From Lama guanicoe (lineage: Eukaryota): a stretch of DNA of 64,000 nucleotides. This document shows positions 47,179 through 59,488 of the stretch, one piece after another. Every line of letters starts with the position of its first letter. Within the stretch, counting starts at the first letter, position 1. The stretch spans positions 13,406,879 to 13,470,878 of the forward strand of contig MU053881.1 of assembly GCA_013239625.1 (NCBI GenBank). Direction: 5' to 3'. The notes below the pieces were generated by a model that was not told the origin of the DNA, did not search any database, and saw nothing but the letters and a program-made list of their open reading frames with translations. A program made the position numbers and the translations under genes.

Positions 47179-50100
47179 GTGTTCCTTTATATCCAGGAGA
47201 CAAAGTAAAAACAAAGCATATGTAATTTATCATACTTTGTTTTTTCTCAGTTTCTACCTCAAGCAAGACTCAAAGCAAAAAAAAAAAAATTTATCATAAT
47301 CATAATGGTAAAGTGTCTTTCGTTAATTCCTGTCAAAGTGTAATGCCGTGGATGACCCCGCCACGCAAATGATGACAGCTGTGCATCATGTCAATTGCCC
47401 TGCACATAGTTAGCAAGGAAAAAAACCCATAATGACGTAAGTTTACATAATTATTAGTTTCTCATGAAGGAAATTCTCTTAACAGAAAGAAAAAGAAAGC
47501 AGGAGAAAGTCATTCCTGCATCACTATGCCATAAAGTCCATTTCTGCTGACACAGTTGAAGAGATGTTAATGGCTAAGTCCCATTCTTGCAGAGAAACAG
47601 ATACTATCCGCTTGAAATTAAAATAGGCCCCTGAAGATAAATGAATATAATCAATGATGTTTTCTGAATGTAGTAGTTGTTTCCCTGTGGTATTTATAAC
47701 TGTGTCTCCTCTGGACATTCTGCTGACTTTTGTAGCCTTAATTGGCTAAATAAACATGTTTGTGAAATGCCTTATTATCAAACACTTTATTGTTGTTGTC
47801 AATGAGGCGCCAAGCGTTGTACTAATTCCTTTGTCAATCCGTGTGTATATTTTATGTCTATATATCTAATTCACAGAGAGGGAGAGAGAGAAGGCAGATA
47901 CTGTGCATTTCATTTAGAAATACGAAAATGAAGTCCTACAAAAACCATAGGACTTCTTACACTAAAATAGTTGTTCTCGTTCAGACAAATGTGTATGGAA
48001 CGATTTACAAGTGAATTTCCATTTCAACTTTCTCACTGACATCATGATTTCAGAGATTACAAATCCCTGTTTCTAAATAATTTTCCATTTCTTATGGCAT
48101 CTAATATTTCAAACCTGACTCCCTTTTGATACTGGCCTCCTTACAAAAATTAATCAATGTTTTTTGTAAAGAATTACGAAAATCTTTGTTGAAGTGACCC
48201 AGATAATTCAATTCACTAGAAAGTTCACTGACTTTTTTTTTTATTAACTAAGGATTTAAAAATTCTATTAACTAGAACAGAAAAACTTTGATTTTTACAT
48301 TTTCAATAAAATTTCCAGTAAACTTGCTAGTAAATTGAAATCAATCACTTCAATCATTGTTGCCACTTCTTATTTACCGTATTCTAATTACTGTTTGTAT
48401 ATATGTTGTATATAGTTTAATATATATATCACATTTCATTTTATCTTCTCAACCATACTATAAGGTAGATACTCTAGAATCACAGAGTCCTAAAGTTGAA
48501 GATGGTATTAGAAATCTTCAATCCTCCTCAAAGCAAAAAAAATTATTATTTCCAAAGAAGGATCCTGTCCTTCTTTGCAGCACTAGAGCAGAGTTTCTTC
48601 CAAAAGTGGCAAGTGAGGGACCTACGACAAAGCCATGACTGCTTCTTACTAAGAGCCAAATGCTGGATTTTCAAATAAAAATGGGTAACAGTGCTGTCTA
48701 TTCATGTCTGGCTAGATGAGTAATTTTCCTACAGAGTGTGCATTTAGCACAGGATGGACTCACGTTCTCTGGGATCCTCGGTATTTATTTGTCATTTCTC
48801 TTGCAAAATCTGATGTCTTGGAGAGACGCACTTTCCATGTAGAAATCTGGATTCAGCAGTTAAAAATCTCTGCCTTTCAGAGTATCGCACATCTTATTTT
48901 TAGTGAGAGAGGCTAATCTGTGCGATGATCGCCTCCCTCCCTCCCACCCTCCCACCCTCCCTCTCCCCCGTTACCAACCTTGGAGTTTCTCTCTCTCTCA
49001 CTTACCAGCGTGTGAAGATGCCTGTCACACTCGAAGAGCTGCTATGAGCTGCAGAGAGGGAAGAGCTAGGTGCAGACTGAGAGAGTGCAGTGTGAAGGTT
49101 CTGCAGAGAAGGTGGTGCCGACTGGAAGCTCAGAACTCGTGAGGCTGATAAACTCTAGCCCCGACCTGGCTCCCTCTAAACAAAAAATAAGTCGGTATTG
49201 GGAAAAGTCCAGTGCAGAAAAAAATCTGATGAAACCCACATTCTTATACTGTGATCTCCCAGTGGCTTACAGACTAAAATTGGTCCCCCTCTAAATGACT
49301 GTTAGGTGTCTTAGAAAATTATAGGGTTGATGCACCCTTGTCTTTAAGAGCAGGTGTTTCCCTTTGACTTCCTAGTTCCATCCCCCCACTGCTGCCGGGG
49401 TGAATGCCCTCGTGCGTGCACGGACCTGGACACTGAGCGATCACTCCACTCTTCCTTTCCGTAAGCTCGGCAGAAGAGATCCTTTTCACTTCTCTCCTCC
49501 ACACCAAGCTGGAAGGAAGGTCTTTCTTTGCATTAACTATTGTTGTGAAGCCCAGAGTCTCACAAGAATTTACTGAAAACTGGAGAGTTTGGGAGGGGAG
49601 TAAAACACAGAGACTAAGTTACAGCTCCTCCAGGGTAGCTCAGCCCGGGCTGTTTCTCTGCGTCCGCACCCAGAGGAGGTCCAAGCCCCACTCCCTCCGT
49701 GGGTGACACTCTCAGAAGCCCCAAGCCCCTACGTACGCCTTCCCCTCTCATCCAGAGAGAGGAGAAAGGTTTTCTCACTGCGGTCTGAGGCTTGCCTCCT
49801 GGATTTTCTTTTTTTTTTCTTTTTTTTTTTTTTTGGCCACAAGGCTGACCTCTTCTCAAGATACTTGACAGTGAAGAATTGAAATTCCTTGCAAGAAAAA
49901 CTCATTTCTATCCATAGTTATTCACCTAATTTTCTCACATTAGTACTTCTTCTGGACTCGTTATTTAATCAGGCTTAAAATTATCTATAGGACGTCAAGA
50001 GAACAATTTAGGTAGAGCAAAACAAGCTAATGCCAATGTCACTGGATCAAGCTTGCCAACATTTGGGGAATCTTGACTCACTGAGGCTCAGCCAACAGTT

Positions 50101-50261
50101 CACTATTGCAGAATTTATGGACTTCGTAGAGTACTTAGTTGATGTTTTCCTTTTATCAAATCATGAGGAAAAGATTTTTGAATCCAAACATTAGAAATGG
50201 GGTTGCAAGAGATATTAGTCTGCAAATAGCTATTTCCCAACCCTTTTGAAACAAATAACTT

Positions 50262-50400
50262 GGGGGAGTGGGGAGGGCAGTGTATATAGCTGAAGTGGTA
50301 GAGCACATGCTTAGCATGCACAAGGTCCTGGGTTCCATCCCCAGAACCTCCTCTAAACATAAATAAATAAACCTAATTACCCCTGCAAATATTTTTTAAG
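50262..50400 (+). mobile_element. tRNA-derived SINE, camelid Vic-1 type
   Basis: 'tatagctgaagtggtagagcacatgcttagcatgcacaaggtcctgggttccatccccagaacctcc...aataaacctaattacccc' is homologous to the copy at 9936. TSD degenerate. Confidence 0.9.
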
Positions 50401-51339
50401 ACAAACAAAACTCAGACTCTCATTACATAACATTCTCATCTGCTTGTTCACAGAGATTTTTAAGGACTGGCCACTTGACAACATTTTTAAGCTAAATTTT
50501 ACTACCTAAAAAAAATTCGAACTTTTAATATTTAATAATTTTAAATGGAAATAATGGCCAGGCAATATTTCTAGAATGAATTACTTAGGATTCTCATCTT
50601 GATTCTTCTCAACCCAGTAAATCAATGGAATAACTCCTAGGACTGACAAAGAAGTTATGGGTTCTCATCAACTATCAATTTCTTGTGTTGTGAAGAATCA
50701 AAGAAATAGCATGGGTTAGTGGAACCGCCAGGAAATCCAACAGCCACATTTTAGCCAATAAATTTATATGAGCTTCTAAGAAATAGCCAGAATGATTGAT
50801 TTAATATTGATTTTCTTTCCCTTACTCTAAAAATAAAGTCTAGAAGATGCTTGCGAATATCCAAAAGGGGGAAAAAAAACCCCACAAAAAACACTTTCAC
50901 TGACTATATGCATGTACGGACACCCCCTCCCCAGCACACACACACACACAAAACACACATTTCTGTGGGGGACAGTTCTTGTGTCTTACATTGTATAAAT
51001 CGGTACAAACTCTCAGCAAAAAAAATTTGGCAACACTATTAAAATGTTACTACATTTCACACTTTTGCAACCAGGAAATCTGTCTGAAATATACCCGAAG
51101 GAAATCATCATGGTTGCGTGGGTTGTGTGCAGTTGTGTGCAGGGATCTAACGACAGGAAGAATGATAGCCTCTGTAATTTCCATGAGAGCAGAATATGTA
51201 TCAGTGTTACTTACCATTGTGTCACAAGTGTCCCACATGGTACCTCACAAACACTCAGCTGACAGGCAACTTATACATAATCTACGTATAAATGGATAAA
51301 TAAATAAATACCCTTAAGGCAGTAAGATTTATTCAGAAC

Positions 51340-52160
51340 CAATAGTATTAGACGTTGAAAATATTCATGAATAAAAGGGCCAAAGCAAATGAAATCATGG
51401 TCAAAACATAACAAACACTTTTTCAAACACAAATGAGACATTGCAACATCGGTCTAATGGAATTTCTAAAGAGAGAGAAGAGAGACTATAATGTAAGAAG
51501 CTAAAGGAGATGATATTCTTGGGGATAATTATAATTATCCAAAACTGCTGAAAAACAAGAAAGGAAGATAAATAAAAATAAATTCACAGAAAGGCACAAT
51601 GTAGTAAAACTTTAGAAAAATCATAGAAGTGTCAGAAAGATAAAGAACAAACACTTTCTTTAGAGCGCTAAAAATACAGTGGGGAAAAAAGACATGTACA
51701 AAATAGGTGTATGATTTTACACATAATACATTTGAAAACTTAGACAACAAATACTTACCAAAACTGACCATACAAGGAAAAAACAATCTGAATAAACTTC
51801 TAACCATTAAAAAATGTGAATCCATAGCTACAGATCAATCCATGATGTTCGTAATACCAGATGTGGATATATTTACACAAGAATTCTCCCAAACTCTAAA
51901 GGAAAGAATATCTCAAACACGATAATATTGCAGAGAATTAAAAAATGGGGAATATGCCCAAATTAGTTTATAAGGCAAATATAAAATTGATGTCAAAGCA
52001 AGGAAAGAATAGTGTGACGTATAAAGTTTTCGTTCAGTATTACCTGTACACACAGACATAAAATGCCTAAAATTAAAAAAACTGAATAGCCGTATGGTGA
52101 TCTCAGTAGATGCAGAAGAAAATCATTTGATAAAATTCAAACCAGTCACCGTAAGACTTC
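51340..52160 (+). mobile_element. Ancient L1 ORF1/ORF2 fragments
   Basis: ORF 51707 gives 'FENLDNKYLPKLTIQGKNNLNK...FTQEFSQTLKE'; also 'tctcagtagatgcagaagaaaatcatttgataaaattcaa' (SIDAEKAFDKIQ-like). Confidence 0.7.
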
Positions 52161-52164
52161 TTAC

Positions 52165-53220
52165 GCAACTGATTTCTGTATGTTGATTTTGTACCCTGCA
52201 ACTTGACTGAATTCACTTATTTATTCATTTATTGATTATTTACTAATTAATATAAGTAAGCTTTTAGTGGAGCCTTTATGGTTTTCTGTGCATCAGCTCG
52301 ATGACAGCTTTGCTGGGTAAAGTGTTCTGGTTGAAAGTGTTTTACTGTACATCAGTACACCCTCTCCTGTCCTGTAAGGCTTCTGCTGAGAAATCAGCTT
52401 CTAGCCTTGTTGGGATTCCCTTTTATGTCGATGAGTCCTCTTCCTCTTGCTGCTTTCAAAGTTTTCTCTTTGTCTTTGCGTTTCGAGAGCTTGATTATAA
52501 GGTGCCTCAGTGAACATCTCTTTGGTTTGTGTCTGTTTGAGCATTTTTGTGCTTCTTGTAGCTGGACGGCCATATCTCTCCTCAGATTTGTGTTGATGTT
52601 TGTGCATTTTTTGGACTAGCTTCACCTGGGGGAAGACCTTCACCTGAAGGTGGCCTAAGGGTGTCACCTGGAGGGGATGCAGTGCCTTTGGCTCATGGAA
52701 AGGTACGGTGGTGTAACCTTCTCGCAGCTACATCAGTGAGGTCAACGTTGCTGTGAGTTGCAGGGGGTCTTCTGTGGCCAAGACTATGGGTGACCTGTGA
52801 GTGGCAGTGGTAGCTGAGGCTGTTCGGGTCCTTAGAGGCTATGGCTGCTAGGCTCTTCTTGTTATCTCTCTCTCTCTCTGTTTTTGCCTGTGAGAGAAAG
52901 TTCTGCCTGAGGTCTCTTGGCACCTGGTTTGGCATGGTGGTACTCAGAGCAGTAGCAGAGCTGGGGGCCTGGGATCAGGTACATGCAAAACTACCACAGC
53001 ACCTGGGTCCTGGGGAGCAGGTGCACTGATGGTGGCAGTGGTGCTGGTGTCTGAGGTGTGAATGTGTGCAAACTCCCATGAAAAAGGCATCTGGATCTTT
53101 GGGGCTTACTGCCATGACTGGCCAGGGTTGTGGGAAGCAGCCACAGCAAAGGATGCCCTAGGATGACAAGGCACAGCCCTTTGTTTCTCAGATATTGTTT
53201 TGTTGCATAAATCCTCCACA
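52165..53220 (-). mobile_element. Internally deleted L1 (RT piece, ORF1 C-terminal piece and 5' region)
   Basis: Antisense ORF2 'gcaactgatttctgtatgttgattttgtaccctgcaacttgactgaattc' is joined near 52298 to antisense ORF1 'agctttgctgggtaaagtgttc...ttctgctgagaaatcagc', followed by a GC-richer 5' region. Confidence 0.7.
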
Positions 53221-53494
53221 TACCTTAGTAATTTTTGCTACAGTATTTCAAAGAAAACCACCCTTCTTTTGACCCTGGTACTGCAGTGTGAATTTAAAGT
53301 AAATACTTTCTTTCATTATGTAACCCACAATGCCACTTACCACACCTAACCAAACCATTATACTTCCTTTGGCATCATCAAATAACCAATCCATGTTTGA
53401 ATTACTTGATTGTCATAAAATCTTTTGAGAGTTTTTTTTTTAATCAGATCCAATTTCCTATGTTGCATTTGAGTGTCATATTTCTTAAATGCAT

Positions 53495-54110
53495 TTTTAA
53501 ATTAAATTGATTGCTTTGAGATATTTGCAGATTCATGTGCAGTTGTAAGAAATAATACAGAGAGACTGTGAGTGCTCTGTCCTCCCAGTGTTCTATACCA
53601 AGATTCCGCTGCTGGAAACATTTTACAGTTCTGCAGTACAGCACCACCACCAAACTACTGAAATGATGCCGTCAAGATACAGACCATCTCCATCAACACA
53701 GGGATCACTCAGGTAGCCCTTTTGTGGCCACACCCTCTTCACTTCTCCTTCCTTCCCCAACACCTAACAACCAATATCTTGTTCTCTATTTCTTTAATTT
53801 TGTTCATTTATTGAAAGTCATTTAAATTGAAAGAATATGTCATCTTTTAGGAAAGAAATTTTTTTTCACTCAGCAAAATTCTCTGGAGATTATCCAGTTT
53901 GCTGAATTTATCAGTCTTTTCACTTTATTGCCACGTAGTAACCAGGATATAAATATGTACCACGGGTTGTTTAACACTTTACTAGTTGGACAACACCTGG
54001 GTTGTTTCAAGCTTACGATTTCTACAAAGAAATCTGCTATGAACATTGATGTGTAGGCTTTTGTGTGAAAAAAAAGTTTTTATTTCTCTGGGATAAATGT
54101 CTCTGGAGTG
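53495..54110 (-). mobile_element. Old L1 (L1MC-like) 3' end
   Basis: 'gcagattcatgtgcagttgtaagaaataatacagagaga...ctgctatgaacattgatgtgtagg...tctctgggataaatg'. Confidence 0.8.
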
Positions 54111-54836
54111 CTCAAAATTTCAACAACTTAAAGGAAATGTGCCAATTCTTTGAAAATACACACTATTAAAACTCAATCAAGATAAAGAAGAAAAGTAAAT
54201 TTGTACTTTAAAAACTCCTGAAAAAGAAATTCCTGTGCCCAGATGGCTTTCCTGGAAAATTTTACCAACACTGAAAGTAGAATTAACCATTTTCAGACAA
54301 CTTCTCCCAGGAAACGGAACAGGAGGGAAGACTCTCCACCTTATGTGTAAGGCCAGCATTACATGGATGCAGAAACCAGACAGACACAGTAAAAAAAAAA
54401 AATTGAGAGGGAGCAAGTGAGTGAATGAGCTACCATATAGTCCAATAAATAATAAAACAAATCAAATCTGTAAAGGTATAAAATAAATTATAAACCGTGT
54501 CCCAGTGGGATTTATTCCAGGTCCATGGATTTATTTCATGTCTGGTATGATAATCAAACATCAATTATTGTAATCCACCACAGCAACAATTGTCACAGGA
54601 AAAACATTTCACAAAATTCAACACCCATTTATGATTAAAAAAAAAACCTTGTCACACTAGGTAAGAAAGTCTTTTCCTCAACATGATAAAGAACATCTTT
54701 AAAAAACCCTACGATTAATATCATACTTCATGATGAAAGATCATGTTTTCCACATTAGATTAGAAAAAGTAAAGACTTCCATTTTTATCACTCTTATGAA
54801 CACAGTGCTGAAAGGTCTATCCAGTGTAATAAGGCA
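54111..54836 (+). mobile_element. L1 ORF2 fragment (start of RT region)
   Basis: 'cccagatggctttcctggaaaattttacc' (PDGF.G.FY), 'cagtgggatttattccagg' (VGFIPG), 'aaaattcaacacccatttatgatt' (KIQHPFMI). Confidence 0.8.
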
Positions 54837-57040
54837 TCCTAGGATTCTATACCCAGTGAAATTAGCCTTCAAAATGGAATGAGAAATGAAGACTTTCTCA
54901 GACGAACAAAACAGAGAGAATTCATTGCCATCATACTTGCCTTGAAAGAAAAAAAAAAAGGAATTATTTACTGAAAAGAAAATTGATATAAAAGAAAATT
55001 GATGTAGGCCAGAAATCAGAATCTACATCAAGAAGAAAAAAGGATCTGAGAAGGAATAAATGAAGGTAAAATCTTTTATTTTTATTGTTTGTCATCTAAA
55101 AGACAACTGGTCATTTAAATTAATACAGTCAAAGTGGATGGAGTAATTATAGCATATTGAAAAGTGAAATAAATAATAGTATTGATACAATGAATAGGAA
55201 GGAGAAATTGAGAATTTTCTGTTATATAGTGTTTATACTTAATGTGAAACAGAACAGTAGTATTTGAAGATCAACTTAGGTAAGTTGAAAACGTATATTG
55301 TAAACTGAAAGGCAGCCACTGAGAAAGCTTTAAAAAAAATGAAGTATAAATGATGCTCTAACAGAAGAGACAATAGAATCATACAAAAATGTTCATTAAA
55401 ACTAGAGAAGACAGAAAATAAAAGGAAGGGGCACAAAAACAAAATCCGTGAATTGAAGACCTTTACAGACATGGTGGATATTAATCTGATTAAATCAGCG
55501 ATGACTTGAAAATAGTTAAGTCTAATTACATGAATTAAGAGATCATCATCAGGAAAAAAAAAAGAAGAAGAAGACCCAACTGTATGTCAATATAGATTAA
55601 AAATAAAGGGATGGAGAAAGTTAAACCATGCAAACACTAATGTAATAAAAAAAGATGTGATAGCTGTATTAATTTCAAACAAAGCAGACTTCAGAACAAG
55701 AGAAATATTAAGGATAAAGAGAGGCATTACATAATCGTAAACTGTTGATTCTCCAAGAAGACACAATGATCCTTAACGTGTGTTCATCTAACAATAGAAC
55801 ATCAAACCACATGAGCCAAAGACTGACAGAACTGAAAAAAGAAAAATCTATATTATATTTGGAGACTTCAATACTCATCTGTCAGTAATTGACAAATCAA
55901 GCAGGCAGAAAATCAGTGAGAATACAGGTAAACTGAATAGTACTGTCAATCTACTTGTTCCAATGGACGTTTTAAAAATACTCACCCCACAATAGCAGAA
56001 CATACTTTCTTTTCAAGTTCAGTGGAGCATTCAATAAAACAGACCACACACTTAGTTATAAAACACACATATGCAGGTTTTTTTTTAAATCAAAATCTTT
56101 CGAAGTATATTCTCAGACCACAATGAAATTATACTAGAAATCATAACAGAAGATTGCTGGAAAATTCCAAGATATTTGGAGATTGAACTATACACTCCTA
56201 ACTTTTACAGGCGTCAATGAAAATGTCTCAAGAAAAATGAAAAAAATATTTTGAACTAAATGAAAATAAAAATACAACTTCTCAAAATTTAGAGCTATAC
56301 AGCAAAAGCAGTGCTTGGGGGAGAAATTTATAGTATTGAATGTGTATATTAGAAAGAAAGATGTATTTAATATCAGTAATCTAAACTTTCACTTTAGGAA
56401 GCTAGAGAAAGGAAGGAAACTTAAGCCTGAATCAAGCAGAAGAAAATAAACCATCCTATTTAGAGCATAAATCAGTGAAATTGAAAACAGGAAAGCAACA
56501 GAGAAAAATCAATGAAACAAAAATTGATTCTTATAAGAGGTTGATGAAATTAATGAACATCCAGCCAGGTTAACCAAGATAAAAAAGGAGTAGGACACAC
56601 ATCGCTAATATGAAAAAAGAAGACAGGATTGTCACTATTGATCTTGCAGAGCAATTTTGTGAACTGCTATGATTCACACAAGGAGAAATATATAACTTGA
56701 TAAACCCTATCTATAGTAAATAAACTGAGTCAATAACTAATAACCTTCTGAAAAGAAAGCAACAGGCCCAAATTGTTTCATGGGTGAATTCCAGCAAACA
56801 TTTCAGGAAGACATAATATTAATTCTCCACAATCTCTTCCAGAAAACAGAAGCAGAGGATTTTTTTCCTAACTTGTTAACTTCCAAGGTAACTAAAAATC
56901 CAACTTCCTTAATTTATTAAATTACACCTGTTTAAAAAATGTCCTGCTGACATCGTATTTAATCGAGAGGCTGGATACATTTTTGCTAAGGAGAACCAAG
57001 CTAGGATGTCCTTTCTCACCAATCCCATTCCATGTTGTAC
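54837..57040 (+). mobile_element. Old L1: ORF1 end, inter-ORF and ORF2 endonuclease to early RT, degraded
   Basis: 'cctaggattctatacccagtgaaattagccttc' (PRILYP.KL.F), 'gacccaactgtatg', 'ggagacttcaatactcatctgtcag' (GDFNT.LS), 'ttctcagaccacaatgaaatt' (FSDHNEI). Confidence 0.88.
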
Positions 57041-57394
57041 TGTATATTGTATCCTGTGAGTCAGAATCTTAGACATTTTGGGATGGGAACTATGTTTGTA
57101 TAATTCACATGGTGAATGCTCAGTAAAAACATCTGCATAGCTAAGTAAGTGATAAAACTGGATACATAAAAGTATTATTTATGAAATGTGTTTCAAAATG
57201 TGTGTGACTTATCTTTGTGTGGCTTATGGAGTACTTATATTGGACCAGGTTAAATTTAGCTATGGGGTAGATTTACCCTACCCAGCCTACAAGGTAAGGA
57301 AGAGCTATGTCACTAGTCATTCAGACAGGGGGATTCCCAGTGAGGAATGGCCTCCTCCCCGTATCCCTAAAGATCTTCATTTGTTTGCTTTTCT

Positions 57395-57865
57395 CTCTCA
57401 CCTGGATTACTGCATTCGCCTCTGCTCTGAAATCTGCCCATTCTTGCTTCCCTTTAATTAGTCCTCCACACTGCCATCAGAGGGGTCCTTCTAATGTATA
57501 AAAATGAAGAGTCACTGCTCTGTTTTAAGGTCTTTAATGATTCTCTTTACCATTAGGGGAAAAGCCTCACTCTAGTATGACACTCAAGGGCCAGTCTGAG
57601 CAGCATCTCTCTGCCTCTTTCTCTTGGAATACTGCCAGTCATCTGGAGCTTGATCAGCTATTCCGTATAATCTCTCACCACTTCTCAAACCATTGCTTGG
57701 AAAGCATCTCCTATAGTCACTGAGGTGAAAGAGTGATGTTTTCAAAGCTTCAGTTACCCATGGTCACCTTGTGCTAACCTGTGCATCCTTCAGGGACAGT
57801 GTCTTTTAAACTCTTTTTAATCAGTCCTTAGCATTGGGCCTGATAGTTAAAGGATTCTCAATTAG
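57395..57865 (+). mobile_element. L2 LINE fragment
   Basis: 'tctctcacctggattactgc...ctccacactgccatcagagggg...gtcactgctctgttttaaggtctttaatga'. Confidence 0.6.
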
Positions 57866-58814
57866 AACATATTAACTAATTTTTTAAAAAGGGCCTATAT
57901 CCAAAGGAGAGACTTTAAAGAGCTCAAATTATTTCGATGGCTAGAGGAGAGACTTCTGCATCTTGTCCTTAAAAAAAAATTGGATTTTGGATTGGATTGA
58001 GTTAATATTTTCCAGAGAATGCTTAAAACTACTTAAAAGTGTCTTAATTAGAAATGCCTGAAAATATCTAAATTTTTTTTTTTAATAAACAGGCCCTGTG
58101 TAACCTCAGTGACCACACCATCTGTTAAGCATTTTAGTAATACCACTTACAGTGAATTGCATTTTCTAAGTTTGGTCCATCACTCATCTGTTCTCTGTGG
58201 TAAATGGCGTGGCATTTTTAGCATGTTCAAACTGCAAGTGATTTAGCCTTTCTGAAAGTTCCTTGGTGATTTGAGTCATATTCAGACAGTAATTATGATT
58301 TGTTTGAAAATGGACCATAATGCGTGATTATTGTATCATAGACATTGAAATGCATTTATTGACTTTCTAAGTTTTGAGTATGGTAATTACTCTGAAATGA
58401 AGCAAAGCCAATTTTACTTGTTTTTATCCACTTCAAAATTTGCAAGTTAATGAGATTTATACACCAACAATTTTTATTGTTTTACTTGCTCTGATTGTGG
58501 TGAATGTCAGCATCCCAAATCAGTATATTATCTGTGGGATCTGATGACCACCAGAGGACTAGGTTCGGTTTTATTGTCTGGATTTTTTCCTATAGGTGGT
58601 ACTTCAGATCTTGAGGACAAATCAGGATGGAAAGGTTTTGCCTTCCTGGGAATATCTTTAGAGATTGCCTGAAAATAATGCCCGCCCCATGCCCATTTCC
58701 CCGTCAGCGCCTGTGAATAGAATGGCAGTCTTAGCAGGAGTGGTGAGATGACATTTGTATTCTTAATACTTTGCTTAAAATATAATAAGGAAGTCTTTAA
58801 TTCATCCCCCTGTT

Positions 58815-59110
58815 CTTTCATTCATGTGGATTTAGTAATCACTTGTTATACAGTAGGTACCATTGTAGGCATGGAAGAATTGTCTAAAGAAACCTCTCTG
58901 CTCTCACAGAGCTTATAATGTGGTCAGGCAGAAATGCAGGTCAGTAGATAAGGTGATATATGCGACGGCCCAGTAAATTAAGAACACTGAGCAAATGTGT
59001 AAGAAAGATGCAAGACTCGGTTTGGGGAAGAGAAAAAACTTCCTGACTGAAGTGACAACTCAGCTGAGAGCTAAAGGACAAATAGGAGGCACCTCCTCAC
59101 TCAAATGATG
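58815..59110 (-). mobile_element. L2 LINE fragment
   Basis: 'ttcattcatg...aggtaccattgtaggcatggaag...ctctgctctcacagagcttataat...aacttcctgactgaagtgacaactcagctgag'. Confidence 0.6.
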
Positions 59111-59130
59111 CAAACAGAGGTTGATATTTA

Positions 59131-59488
59131 TGTTAGAATCAGAGAGAAAGGATCAGACAGCTCGAGGCAGAGTCAGGTTTATTGCGAGAAACCTGCAGGG
59201 GGCGGGGTCTCCAGTTGGACTGGAGCCCGTGCTCTGCCTACAGGCTTGGTGATTTATGCCTGGGGGGGGAGGAGCTGATTGGTGGGTTCTTATGCAAATG
59301 AGGGATGCTGAAAGCGAGAGGAGAGGTTCGTGTCAGATGGATTCTCCGGCCAGTAATTCTCACTCAGGTCCGGGGAGCGTTTTACAGGCAGAGGGGGATT
59401 TTTACTAGAGGCGGAAGTTGTGGCTTGTCCTTGGCTCAGCTTGTCCTGAAATGGCAGCTGATCAAAATAGAGTTGGTTTTGCCTATCA
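59131..59488 (-). mobile_element. Well-preserved 358-bp solo LTR with 5-bp TSD
   Basis: TG (59131) to CA (59488); TSD attta at 59126-59130 and 59489-59493; minus-strand AATAAA (tttatt 59178-59183); CCAAT and octamer motifs. Confidence 0.9.
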
